Part shown: positions 54,016 through 64,000 of the stretch, one piece after another
How the letters are laid out: the number at the start of each line of letters is the position of its first letter
Numbering within the stretch: the first letter of the stretch is position 1
From: Candidatus Marinacidobacterales bacterium
Lineage (GTDB): Bacteria > Acidobacteriota > Vicinamibacteria > Marinacidobacterales > DATDRI01
Assembly (NCBI GenBank): GCA_965219415.1
Contig: CBDCNP010000001.1
Coordinates: forward strand, 192,001-256,000
Direction: 5' to 3'
DNA: 64,000 bases
Translations under genes and position numbers: made by a program
The notes under the pieces: model-generated
Seen by the model: only the letters and a program-made list of their open reading frames with translations
Database searches by the model: none
Told to the model about the DNA's origin: nothing

Positions 54016-56334
54016 TTAGCGACGCCTTCTCTTCCTTCCGCGCGGTGGTTTCGAACGCTCCGACTTCACGTGGCTAGATCGGGAGCCGCCGCGTCCCTGT
54101 TTCGGCCTCAGGCCTTCGATGGCGAGGTCGATCTGGCGCTTTTCCTGATCGACGCGCACGACTTGCACTTCTAGTTGATCGCCGAGACGATACATCTTGC
54201 CGGTGGACTCGCCTCGCAGCGTGTGGGCTTTTTCGTTGAATCGGTAATAGTCATCGGCCAGCGTGCTGATATGAACCAACCCTTCGACAAAAAACTCTTC
54301 TAGCTCCACGAAAAGACCGAAGTTCATCACGCCGGTGACATAACCCACGAAAACATCGCCTAACTTGTCGGCCATGAAGCGTACCTTTTTCCATTTCACG
54401 AGCTCGCGCCCGGCATTCTCCGCCCTCCGCTCCGTACGCGAGGAGTGCTCGGCGATCTCGGGAAGACTCGCCTCTCTCTCCTCCTGAACTTTGGCAGTAG
54501 GCACGCCCCTGGTTCGTACTTCACGAAGCAGGCGATGGACCACCAGGTCGGGATAGCGTCGAATGGGCGACGTGAAGTGTGTGTAGGTCGGGGACGCCAA
54601 GGCGTAGTGACCGGTGTTCTCCATGGCGTAGCGAGCCTGCTTCATCGTTCTCAGCATCAGGAAAGAGATGAGGCGCTCCTCCGGCTTTCCATCGATTCTC
54701 TTGAGCAGTTTCTGAAAACTCTTGGGCTTCAATGCCTCGGAGCTCGCCCGCAAGCGATAACCCAATCCAGAGATGAAATCTTCGAACTCCTCGACTCTAT
54801 CTTCCTCCGGCTTGTCGTGGACACGGTACAAGCTAGGCACGTCTAGCCCCGACAAGTGCACAGCCACAACGTCGTTCGCCAGCAACATGAACTCTTCAAT
54901 GATGTGGTGGGCCACGTTTCGCTCTGCGGCCACGATCCCCGTGACCAACCCCTCGACGTCGAGGAGGATCATTGGCTCCGGTAAATCGAAATCGATGGAG
55001 CCTCGTTTCTCGCGACGAGCACGAAGGATCTGGTAGAGGCCAAGCATGCGTTCGAAGAGAGGAACGAGCTTTTTATTGCGCCGAATGACGTCGGGATCTC
55101 GGTCGACCAGAATCTGCCGCACTTCGGTGTAGGTCATGCGCGCGGCGCTACAGATCACGCCGTCATAGAGCTCGTAGTTCTCGACGCGGCCCTTGGGACT
55201 CACTTCGATACGCACCGACTGCACCAGCCGGTCGACCCCGGGATTGAGACTACAGATTCCGTTCGAGAGCCGCTCCGGGAGCATGGGGACGGCGCTCTCC
55301 GGAAAGTAGACGGACGTCCCGCGTTCGAAGGCTTCTCGATCTAGCGGGCTCTTCTCGCCGACGTAGTGAGCCACGTCGGCGATGTGGACTCCCAAGAGAA
55401 AGTTGCCGTTTTCGAGGAGCTCGACTTGCACCGCGTCGTCGAAGTCACGGGCCGTCTCTCCATCGATGGTCACGATGTCTTCGCTCCGGAAATCGGCACG
55501 GTTCGCGATCGCTTGTTGAGGCACCTCGGTTGGAATGCTCTCTGCTTCTTGGAGCACGTCCTCCGAAAACATGTTCGGAATCTGGTACTTTGCGACGATG
55601 ACCCGCACGTCGACACCCGGTTCATCGACTTGCCCCAAAACCTCGGTAACTTTTCCTAAGGGAGCGCGAAAGGGACTCGGATAACGAACGATCTCGACGA
55701 CGACCATCTCACCCGGTCGAGCTCCTGCCTCTTCTCCGTGTGTCACGAACACTTCGTAGAGAAAGTTGGGATCGAACGGCACGACGCGCGCACCCGCGTG
55801 GTCTTTTTCGAACCGGCCCACCATTTGAGTCGACCCGCGTTCGAGCACTTCGACGATGCGACCCTCCGGCTTCCCGAAACGGCCCTGGCGCTCGATATGA
55901 ACCAACACCCGATCGCCGTGGAGCGCATCGGCGAGCGCCGCACCCGCAACATAGATGTCGGGCTCGGGCTTTCCCTTCTTGCCGGTCTTGCCGGTCTTTC
56001 CGGTCTTTCCTGGCGGGCCCGGCGGGCGGTCCGGCCGCACGAAACCGAAGCCTCCCGGCTCGCAGGAGAGTCGGCCCGCCACCAGGTCCATCTTCTCGGG
56101 CAGGCCGATTCGATCGGAGCGCGTGCGCGCCAGCTTTCCCTCCGCGACCATCTCGCCCAAAATCCGCTTGGCGGCGAGGCGAGCATCTCCCTTGGCGCGA
56201 AGCATCTTGAGAATGTCTTTTTCCGTGGTAGGACGCCCGAGTCGAATCAAGATCTCCTGGACCCGGGTTCGGATCTGGCTATCTGTCTTTTCTGTGAGAG
56301 GGGGCACCGGCGGCAATCTTAGCGCCGTTCCCAA
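54016..56334 (-). CDS. rnr: Ribonuclease R
   Basis: TIDGETARDFDDA, HFTSPIRRYPD, S1 domain and basic tail. Confidence 0.95.
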   Translation of the reverse strand: MGTALRLPPVPPLTEKTDSQIRTRVQEILIRLGRPTTEKDILKMLRAKGDARLAAKRILGEMVAEGKLARTRSDRIGLPEKMDLVAGRLSCEPGGFGFVRPDRPPGPPGKTGKTGKTGKKGKPEPDIYVAGAALADALHGDRVLVHIERQGRFGKPEGRIVEVLERGSTQMVGRFEKDHAGARVVPFDPNFLYEVFVTHGEEAGARPGEMVVVEIVRYPSPFRAPLGKVTEVLGQVDEPGVDVRVIVAKYQIPNMFSEDVLQEAESIPTEVPQQAIANRADFRSEDIVTIDGETARDFDDAVQVELLENGNFLLGVHIADVAHYVGEKSPLDREAFERGTSVYFPESAVPMLPERLSNGICSLNPGVDRLVQSVRIEVSPKGRVENYELYDGVICSAARMTYTEVRQILVDRDPDVIRRNKKLVPLFERMLGLYQILRARREKRGSIDFDLPEPMILLDVEGLVTGIVAAERNVAHHIIEEFMLLANDVVAVHLSGLDVPSLYRVHDKPEEDRVEEFEDFISGLGYRLRASSEALKPKSFQKLLKRIDGKPEERLISFLMLRTMKQARYAMENTGHYALASPTYTHFTSPIRRYPDLVVHRLLREVRTRGVPTAKVQEEREASLPEIAEHSSRTERRAENAGRELVKWKKVRFMADKLGDVFVGYVTGVMNFGLFVELEEFFVEGLVHISTLADDYYRFNEKAHTLRGESTGKMYRLGDQLEVQVVRVDQEKRQIDLAIEGLRPKQGRGGSRSSHVKSERSKPPRGRKRRRR

Positions 56335-56348
56335 TCGAAATCGACTCG

Positions 56349-56377
56349 TTGACAGGACCCGGCGGCGCTCCTATCAT
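56349..56377 (+). promoter_or_regulatory. Sigma70 promoter of tRNA-Leu
   Basis: TTGACA-17 bp-TATCAT. Confidence 0.75.
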
Positions 56378-56402
56378 GGCGTTCGATTGAGGCCTTCCCA
56401 GT

Positions 56403-56488
56403 GCCGAAGTGGCGGAACGGCAGACGCGCTGCGTTCAGGGCGCAGTTCTCTTCGGGGAGTGGGGGTTCGAATCCCCCCTTCGGCACCA
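56403..56488 (+). tRNA. tRNA-Leu (anticodon CAG)
   Basis: Acceptor stem GCCGAAG/CTTCGGC, anticodon arm CTGCG-TTCAGGG-CGCAG, long variable arm, TTCGAAT loop, encoded CCA. Confidence 0.96.
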
Positions 56489-56569
56489 AAAAATAGTCCC
56501 TCCATTCCAACCGTGTTCCTCGGTCCCTGCGGGAATAGCTGACAATCCTTCGATTGCCGCCAAAACCAC

Positions 56570-56601
56570 TTGACCCTGTACCTGGGTCAAAGGTTTACAA
56601 T
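56570..56601 (+). promoter_or_regulatory. MerR-family promoter/operator
   Basis: TTGACC-20 bp-TACAAT (extended spacer) with dyad TTGACCC-N7-GGGTCAA. Confidence 0.8.
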
Positions 56602-56619
56602 GCGGGTAGGAGCAATCGA

Positions 56620-57037
56620 ATGGAAAACGACTCGTTTCTCATCGGCGAACTAGCCCAGCGGGCCAACGTCAATCGCGAGACCTTCCGTTACTATGAACGG
56701 CGGGGACTCCTCAAACCGAGCCGCCGCACCCCCTCCGGCTACCGCGTCTACCGTCCGGAAGCCGAAGAACGGCTAGGTTTCATCAGACGTGCCCAAGCTT
56801 TCGGATTCACACTCGATGAGATCTCAGTGCTACTCGGACTGCGGCCCGACAATCCTCGGAGCTGTCGTCGCGTCTTGGGGATCCTCGACCAGAAAGTAGA
56901 AGAGCTCGCCCAACAAGATTACCGAAATGAAGCGCTTCCATCGGCAAATGTCCAGCTATCGCGACCATTGCGCTCAGACGATTGACAAGGGTTCGAGATG
57001 CCCGGTGATTGCAGACGTATCCAACGTGAAGATCTGA
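56620..57037 (+). CDS. merR: MerR-family metal-responsive regulator (frameshift ~56911)
   Basis: IGELA...RYYERRGLL...GYRVY. Corrected C-terminus gives three Cys (SCRRV, DHC, RCPVI), like Hg-type MerR. Confidence 0.82.
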
Positions 57038-57046
57038 GGAGATATC

Positions 57047-57385
57047 ATGTCCAAGTGGACCGGTTTCGGAGCCGTTGGCGCAAGCCTCGGGGTAGCTCTG
57101 AGCTGGTTGTGCTGCCTCCCTTTCGCGGCTGCATTGGGGGCGGGAGTCGCGGCGGCAGGAGCCGCGCTCACACCACTTCAGCCCTTCATGGCTCTTGCCA
57201 GCGTTTCGCTGCTCGCCATTGCTTTCGTTCAAACACTAAGGGCGCGGGGGTGCGAGGATGGCGAGACCTGCAGCGCCCTATCGAAGCCGCGTCGTTGGCT
57301 CTTTCTAGCGGCAGTCACGGTAGCGACGATCCTCCTGATCACGGTGCCGTACTGGAGCGCCCATCTCATTTACTGGACCCTGTGA
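57047..57385 (+). CDS. merT: MerT-like mercury/metal transport protein
   Basis: Three TM helices, CC pair in TM1 (WLCCLP), loop pair CEDGETC. Confidence 0.8.
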   Translation: MSKWTGFGAVGASLGVALSWLCCLPFAAALGAGVAAAGAALTPLQPFMALASVSLLAIAFVQTLRARGCEDGETCSALSKPRRWLFLAAVTVATILLITVPYWSAHLIYWTL

Positions 57386-57404
57386 CCGCCTGGAGGTGCA
57401 CGCC

Positions 57405-58010
57405 ATGAATCGACGGATTCTAGTAGGAAGCTTAGCTGTGGCAACGCTCGCGGTTCTTTCTGGCGTCGCAGTTCTTCGGAGCTCAGGCGGCAAATCCAGT
57501 TGGAAGGAGCTCGGCTCCGTTAAAGAGCTTAGAGAGCAGTTCAACCAAGACGAGGGTTCGATTCGGATCGTTCTGCTGTTGTCTCCGACGTGACCGGTTT
57601 GTGTCGCGGGGGCCCGGTGGGTCCAATCCAATATTCTCGAGGCTAATCCGGACGCCAACGTCAAGGTCTATGCGGTCTCCTTTCGCATGCTCGCGAGCGA
57701 CCGCATCGCCAAATGGATGGTCGAGCCTGACAATCTTCTCTCGGATCCGCGCACCTTGCATTACTGGGACGAGGAAAAACTCGCTGGACGATACTACGAG
57801 GAGCGCGTGACTCAACTTGGCGATCCCGGCAACGGACGCATCGAATGGGATGCCTATTTTCTCTATTGTCCCGATGCCACATGGGGAGAGGAACCACCGG
57901 AACACATCAGCTGGGGTCGAACCATCGTAGACTCCCGCGAACGGCTGCTCCGAGACTTCACCGCTCTGCTGCACTCCCCTGGAACGACCGAGACCCGTCG
58001 CCAAGAATGA
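57405..58010 (+). CDS. Predicted selenoprotein: membrane-anchored thioredoxin-fold protein with UxxC motif (201 aa, Sec63)
   Basis: ORFs 57396-57593 and 57687-58010 share a frame. Read-through of TGA 57591-57593 gives IVLLLSPT-U-PVC-VAGARWV with no other stop; SECIS-like hairpin follows. Confidence 0.85.
57594..57624 (+). promoter_or_regulatory. Putative bacterial SECIS element
   Basis: GGGCCC[GGU]GGGUCC hairpin, G-first loop 22 nt after UGA. Confidence 0.7.
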
Positions 58011-58016
58011 AGCCTG

Positions 58017-58455
58017 ATGGATTGCTGTCAGCGTGAAGGCGAATCAGTCGACCGCACCTGCCCTCGATGCGGCTCAGTGGGGGCGATCCGTCCAGCTGGT
58101 AACGGTCAACAGCCTTCTAACGGCTCGCGCCCTGGAAAGACTCACTGTGAAGGAGCACCGGTTCTGCGCGACGCCGGACTGCGAGGTCGTCTACTTCTCC
58201 GAAGTGACACTCTTTGGGCGCGAAGACGTTCGAGTACCCGTGTTTCAGAAGGAGCCGTCTGGCCGCCGGATGGTCTGCTACTGCTTCGAGGTTTCCGAGG
58301 ATGACGCCGACGCCGCAGCGGAATCGCGTATCCGCACACACGTGCGGGCTGGGCGCTGCGCTTGCGAGTTGCGAAACCCGGAGGGTAGATGCTGTTTGGG
58401 CAACCTCTGGGCCGTTACCCGTACCACGGTAGGGGAGACCTCACAGAATGGTTGA
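58017..58455 (+). CDS. Cys-rich CopZ-N-terminal-like Zn/[2Fe-2S]-binding protein (frameshift ~58083)
   Basis: CPRCG...FCATPDCEVVYF...VCYCF...CACELRNPEGRCCLGN. Confidence 0.75.
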
Positions 58456-58833
58456 GACCTGCTCGGCTTCCGACAACGATCTGGCTGGCCGCTGGTCGAG
58501 CTTGATCTCGATCTGGTGGCTCCCTGTAGCGGCGATGATCGCTGCGATGTTCGTAAACTCGCCGCTGCGAACCGCGACGTGGACAATTGCCCTGGGCTGG
58601 ACGGGGGGGCCTGTCTCTTGAACGCATACCGCTGTGGTCGTGTGCACTGCTACTTCACTGGTCCGGCCTACATTCTTGGAGCCCTGACGTCTTTGCTCCA
58701 CGGACTGGACGTCGTGTCGCTCGGGTCCCATGGCTGGGCGTGGATCGGCTACACACTCATTGCCGGAAGCGTGCTCTTGAACTACGTTCCGGAGTGGGTC
58801 TGGGAAAGTGTGCCAATCTTAGTTGGGAATTGA
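58448..58833 (+). CDS. Membrane protein with CLLNAYRCGRVHCYFTGP motif (frameshift in G-run ~58605; 3' end abuts IS)
   Basis: ATG overlaps the upstream gene end; about four TM helices; three clustered Cys. Confidence 0.65.
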
Positions 58834-59650
58834 AACGGCTCCAAACCCCGTGGTTTGATGGCGTTGGACAAAACAAAATCAAGCCGCGAAGAAAGGAGCC
58901 GAGATGGGAAGTCTGCTACGTTCGGTCAAGAAACGCAAGAAGTCGCGTCGTTTGGGTGAGGTCGAGATGGTGAGGCACGAGGATTACGGGGAACTCGCGC
59001 TGGACGCCAAGGTAGAGATGATCCGTTGGTTGGTCCCCCTTGGTCTAATGCACGTTCACGAGTTGCTCGACGACGAAGTGAAGGCGTTGGCGGGAGAGCG
59101 ATACTCTCGCAAGGACGAGCTGGAGCGCGGTCGCCGTCCCGGAAGCAACCCGGGCACGGTAGGGCTTGGCGGCCAGCGGGTACCGATCCGTGTGCCACGG
59201 GTTCGGAGCATCGAGGGAGGAGAGATTCCGCTTCGCTGCTACGAGGCGGTGAGCCACGGCGGTGAGGTGAATGATCTTCTGCTGAAACGAGTTCTCTACG
59301 GAATCTCTTGTCGCAACTACGAGGCGGCAGCGGAAGCGATTCCGGGCGCCATCGGGCTGTCGAGCTCAACGGTGTCCGTCGATGATCACCAGCAGACCCT
59401 GGGAGATATCGAGTCCCCGCTCGAGCAGTGAACGCAGGAACGGCGTCAACACCTGCGCGTTCTCCGTGTCCGTCTCCACGAAGCCCAAGAAGCGTTTTTC
59501 CCCGCAAAGCGTGATGCCCAGAGCCACGACCATCGTTGCCTCGGCGAATGTCTTCCCATCCAGAAACAGCGCCACCACATCCTCGCCGGTCAGATCCCGT
59601 TCCTGCATCTCCCGCAGCTTCGCAGCGCTCGCTTGCACGAACCCTCGGGA
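58804..59650 (+). mobile_element. IS256/Mutator-like insertion sequence remnant with internal inversion and 3' deletion
   Basis: Transposase 58904-59377 (IRVPRVR, GISCRNY, LSSSTVS) continues on the minus strand 59650-59375 (SRGFVQ...LFLDGKTF...VALGIT...IIDG). Left boundary approximate. Confidence 0.8.
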
Positions 59651-60360
59651 ACATGGACTGGTATTGTGGTCGCATCATTGTTCCTATTGCTAGACGTGAC
59701 TGCGGGGTCGGCGGCTCCCATTGTCGCCATCGATTTGGATCGGACTACCGCCGGTATTCAGTCCTCACTGACGGTGTCGCCGGGTGCGATGATACTGGTC
59801 GACGTGGTAGCGTTCGACGACGGGAGCCCACCAACCCCTGTCGCCGTCGACTCCGTGATCCTGGATGTGTTGAACTCCGCCCCCGGGGTGGCCTCCCTTG
59901 GCGGGTGGTCCAGCCCTGGCGGGGACATTTGCCGGTAGCCTAATCCTGCCGTTTGATGCGGCGGCCCTGGTCCTGGTGGCACCCGGAACACCGCTGTTTC
60001 CATTTTTGGCGCCTTCTCCGGGGACACTGGGTCTGGTCGGGTACTTCAGTCTTCTCGGCCCCGGTGGCGCCGGGCTGCTTCCGATCGGGCCGATGTTCGT
60101 GGACCTCATCAATCTGCCGACGATCACCGCGGGTAGCCTCGGGATGAGTACCCTGAGCATCATGGGCTCTCCCCCGGGAAGCGAACTCGGTTTCGCGACC
60201 GCGCCGCTCTTTCCCACCTTGGCGTCTGGCACGATCACGGTCACGTCAGCGGTTCCCGATCCGGCGACCCGTATTGCTGCTCGGCGTGGGATTGATCGGC
60301 ATGCGCGGTGGCCACTATCTCAGAGCGAGAGGCGATCGGTCCGGACGCTTACGAAGCTGA
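59651..60360 (+). pseudogene. PEP-CTERM-like sorted surface protein, 5'-truncated by the IS and frameshifted
   Basis: Signal remnant TWTGIVVASLFLLL; corrected C-terminus VPDPATVLLLGVGLIG followed by basic residues. Confidence 0.6.
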
Positions 60361-60542
60361 GTTGTTGCCGCCGAAAAATCTATGAACACATAGGCCCGAA
60401 CATCATCGATCGGCCGTGGGCCATCGAGTGAGGGACAAGCTGCAGGGGCAACAAGCTTGCGACCCGTCGGACGTCGAACACAACGCCGATAGACGAGGCG
60501 CTTTGTTAGTGCGCCGCAATGAGGAAAAACGGAGGGTTCCCC

Positions 60543-62559
60543 ATGTACAAGCCAATGTTGAAACAGGTTCACCTCGCAGTCGCGCTGCTGGTCCTCACGG
60601 GTTTGCCGCAGCCACTCCATGCTGAGTCCGCGGTGTCCGATCTCAACGACGATGGGGTGGTGAACGTTCTCGACCTCTTCCAAATAATCGGCCGATTGGG
60701 AACACAGGCGGGTGAAGTGGGGTATCGGGAGGACCTGGACCTGGTCCCCGACGGCGTGATCGACATCAACGACTATCGAACCTTGTTACCCGATTTTGGG
60801 CAAGCGGCGGCCATATCCCCGACGACTCTCACCGGCAGAGTGTTCGACGGCTTGGGCAATCCCCTGCCCGGCGTGACGGTACTGGTGGGGGCCGAACCTG
60901 TTGAGTGACACCACGGATCAGAATGGCGTGTACAGCCTGGGTATTCCTGTTGGTGAAACTGGCGATACCGTGATCACGTTCGATGGTTCCACCGCGATGG
61001 ACCCCACGCCTGGCTTTCTCAGCGGCCAATACCCCACCATTCCCAACAAGCCGATCTTTATCAACGGTGGCACCGAAAACGTGTTTCGGGCCATGTCCCT
61101 GCCGGAGCGGGATCTGGTCGGTTCTGTGGATCTGAGCGTCGGCGGCGTGGAGACCAATACTTTGGATTCAACACATGGTTGCTTAACCAGAATGTGGAGG
61201 TGCAAAACGCGGGGGTCACGTTGGAGGTGCCCACCGGCTGTGAGGTCACCTTTCCTGCGGTAGAGGATCCGGTGCTTTCCATTACCCGGGTCGACCCCGC
61301 CAGGTTGCCGGTGCCGATGCCGCCCGGACTGTCGTCCTCCTTGTTTGTGACCTATCAGCCGGGGGCCGCCGAGATCAACTGTCCCGCGGGTGTCGAGTTG
61401 TTCACCGAATTCGACAACGACGACGGCTTTCCCAATGGTCCGGGTAATCTCCAAGACGGCCCGTTTCTCGCCGGTATCACCAACGGCGTGTTCCAGGAAC
61501 TTGCGGCTTGTGAAGTGTCGGGGGCAGTTGAAGGCCCCACCGGTTTCTTCACCGGCGGCACGGTGCGTTGCGGTCCGATACCCTTGCCGTTCGACTTTGC
61601 CTGGTACCACAGCGACATTCGGCCGCCGACGCCCTGTCCGCGTACCACGGTCGTGGGTACCGTGCGGCTCAACGACGTCCCGATGACCCCGGTCTCCGGG
61701 GCGACGGTCTCGGTGCCGGTGCCGGGAGTAGGCCCGGTGTCGACCGCAGCCGATGGCACGTTCCGCATTCCCAATGTACCGGCCGGGCCAAATGGCACTC
61801 GATGCTTCGTCAATCCCTTTAGCATTCGCGCGTCCGCGTCCAAGGGTGCCGATCTAGGAGTCTCGAAGTTCACCCCGGCGGTATCCGGGGGCATCACCGA
61901 TGTGGGGGATATCAAGTTCGGCATCTCGGGAGTCGTGCAAGGTCAGGTGATCAAGCTGACCAGTGTCGTTCCCTTCGTGGTGACCCCGCTAGAAGGGGCG
62001 GAGATGTCTGTCGATACCGTTCCCTCCCCTGGCTGCTGCCCGGTTGCGGACTTCACTGGTCGTTACAGCCGTCTTCGATGTACCGTCAGGGGGCTATACC
62101 GTCGAAGCTTTCTTCGTCGGCTTCCTTCCGGATCCCGGCGGGGGTTTCGCGTTCAAACAATTCAGCGGCTTTCAAGAGGGCAGCATCAATTTTGACGGGG
62201 CGATCCAGGTCCAGGATTTCCGTTTCACCGGTAACGGCACGGTCGATGTACAAGTGCTGAACCAGGACGGCACCCCCGCACCCTTCATCGATGTCACGCT
62301 CGAAGCACTCGGCGGCGGCCTGGGCGGTGGCTTCGTGGCGCCGAACGAATTCTTCTTTGGATTCACCAACTTCGAGGGCCGGCAGACATTCGAGGAGGTG
62401 CCGCAGGGACCGTGCGAGATCACCGTGTCGGATTTTGACTCTGAAACCGAGGACCCCATCGTAATCGCGACGTTGGGGCCCGAGGACGGCTGCTTCGTCA
62501 ACCAGCACGGGGAGGTCCTGGACCTCACTGTGAACTTGCCGAATGGCAACGGGACCTAA
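60543..62559 (+). CDS. Secreted protein with dockerin/EF-hand-like repeat and carboxypeptidase-regulatory-like domains (at least 3 frameshifts)
   Basis: Signal peptide; DLNDDGVVNVLD and DLVPDGVIDIND; LTGRVFDGLGNPLPGVTV; STAADGTFRIPNVPAG. Confidence 0.62.
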
Positions 62560-62612
62560 CCCAGGTTTGCTCAGCAGATGACGCCGGTCCGATAATGGTC
62601 TGCCGAGGTCCT

Positions 62613-64000
62613 CTACACCGAGAGCTCGTGGCCCGCTCCGGCGCCTCTTGGAATCCGAATGTCTTCAACGAGCTTCTGCACCTCGGCTGGAGGAGGGGGA
62701 GTGAAGCGAGCCACGCTCCCCGCGACGACGAAGTTGATGACCATTCCCAGGGTTCCAATCCCTTCCGGCGACACGCCGAACCACCAGTGGTCCACATTGT
62801 TGAGCTCGGGGTGAAGGAACTTGAAGTAAATGATGTAGCCAAGCGTGAATCCGATCCCGGCAATCATGCCGGATACCGCCCCGTAGTGGTTCATGCGTTT
62901 GGTGAAGATGCCGAGCAGGATCGCCGGAAAGAACGACGCGGCAGCCAACCCAAAGGCAAGAGCCACCACCTGGGCCACGAAACCGGGCGGGTTGATGCCG
63001 AAGTAGCCGGCGACGACCACCGCGAGTCCGGCTGCGATGCGGGCTGCACGGAGCTCACCTTTCTCGGTGATCGAAGGGCGAATGGTCTTTTTCAGCAAGT
63101 CGTGGGCGACCGAGCTCGAGATCACAAGCAGTAGCCCCGCTGCCGTTGAGAGCGCGGCGGCAAGCCCTCCGGCCGCCACGAGGCCAACGACCCAGTCGGG
63201 TAGCCGAGCAATTTCGGGATTGGCGAGCACCATGATGTCCCGATCGATCACCAACTCGTTGGGAACGGGCGATTGGGGCCCGGTGTATTGAATGAGACCA
63301 TCGCCGTTTTTGTCCTCGAAGCGAATGAGGCCGGTCGCTTCCCAGTTGCGAAACCACTCGGGCGCACCGGCGTAAGGTTGGTTCGACAAAGTGGTCAGTA
63401 GGTTGGTGCGGGCGAACGCCGCCACCGCTGGCGCCGTGGTATAGAGAAGCGCAATAAACAGGAGCGCCCATCCAGCCGAGCTTCGCGCCTGCCGGACCAG
63501 GGGCACTGTGTAGAAGCGTACGATCACGTGGGGCAATCCCGCGGTGCCAACCATGAGCGCGGCGGTGATGAAGAAAACGTCGAGTGTTTCTTTGCGTCCT
63601 GCGGTATAGACTCCGAAACCCAACTCCTGGGTGAGACCGTCGAGCCTGTCGAGCAAGAAGACGCCGGAGCCGTCCGAAACCATCGAGCCGAAGCCAAGCT
63701 GAGGAATGGCGGTGCCGGTCATGAGGATGGAAATAAAGATCGCCGGAACCAGATAGGCGAAGATCAGCACGCAATACTGGGCGACCTGGGTATAGGTGAT
63801 CCCTTTCATCCCGCCCAGTACCGCGTAGGAGAACACGATCATCATTCCGATCAAGACCCCGACGTTGATGTCCACTCCGAGGAAACGGGAGAAAACGATG
63901 CCAACGCCCCGCATCTGGCCAGCCACGTAAGTAAAGGAGATGAATAGAGCGCAGACGACCGCCACGACCCTGGCCGTTTGCGAATAGTAACGATCTCCTA
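62613..64000 (-). CDS. actP: Cation/acetate symporter ActP-like (5'-partial)
   Basis: GGMKGITYTQVAQY, MVGTAGLPHVIVRFYTVP and AAALSTAAGLLL motifs. Confidence 0.88.
   Translation of the reverse strand, partial: GDRYYSQTARVVAVVCALFISFTYVAGQMRGVGIVFSRFLGVDINVGVLIGMMIVFSYAVLGGMKGITYTQVAQYCVLIFAYLVPAIFISILMTGTAIPQLGFGSMVSDGSGVFLLDRLDGLTQELGFGVYTAGRKETLDVFFITAALMVGTAGLPHVIVRFYTVPLVRQARSSAGWALLFIALLYTTAPAVAAFARTNLLTTLSNQPYAGAPEWFRNWEATGLIRFEDKNGDGLIQYTGPQSPVPNELVIDRDIMVLANPEIARLPDWVVGLVAAGGLAAALSTAAGLLLVISSSVAHDLLKKTIRPSITEKGELRAARIAAGLAVVVAGYFGINPPGFVAQVVALAFGLAAASFFPAILLGIFTKRMNHYGAVSGMIAGIGFTLGYIIYFKFLHPELNNVDHWWFGVSPEGIGTLGMVINFVVAGSVARFTPPPPAEVQKLVEDIRIPRGAGAGHELSV

Noticed and set aside
55978-56013. 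9-bp tandem repeat (GKT x3) in rnr, and 12-15-bp duplications in the PqqB-like gene
   Set aside because: In-frame loop expansions with no sign of a separate function.
56403-56488. tRNA near selB as tRNA-Sec
   Set aside because: The anticodon is CAG with a standard 7-bp acceptor stem, so it is tRNA-Leu.
60895-60910. TGA ending ORF 60519-60908 as Sec
   Set aside because: The continuation (LSDTTDQNG) is in another frame, so this is a frameshift.

Overview
GC-rich bacterial chromosome segment; gene content (DUF4388/DnaJ/TPR proteins, sulfatase-like proteins, PEP-CTERM-type protein) is compatible with an Acidobacteriota-like organism, but taxonomy is inferred. It holds housekeeping genes (rnpB, ntrX-like, HtrA, polyprenyl synthase, yajQ, tatD, larC, radC, cobB, selB, rnr, tRNA-Leu(CAG), actP) among accessory genes. 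Many ORFs are split by 1-bp indels, probably long-read errors. Main result: besides selB, two ORF pairs are joined by an in-frame TGA followed at once by a SECIS-like hairpin, i.e. two predicted selenoproteins missed by the ORF track. (1) A ~940-aa exported FG-GAP/CRTAC1-ASPIC/UnbV-TlpA fusion with Sec in a non-CxxC context (KDT-U-SLFWRH). (2) A membrane-anchored UxxC thioredoxin-fold protein inside a merR-merT operon that shows no merA/merP, just downstream of tRNA-Leu. Also notable: three divergent DUF222-like/HNH paralogs, two sharing a twin IHF-like-box plus sigma70 promoter layout; an IS256-like remnant with an internal inversion; and a 5-bp duplication that breaks radC.
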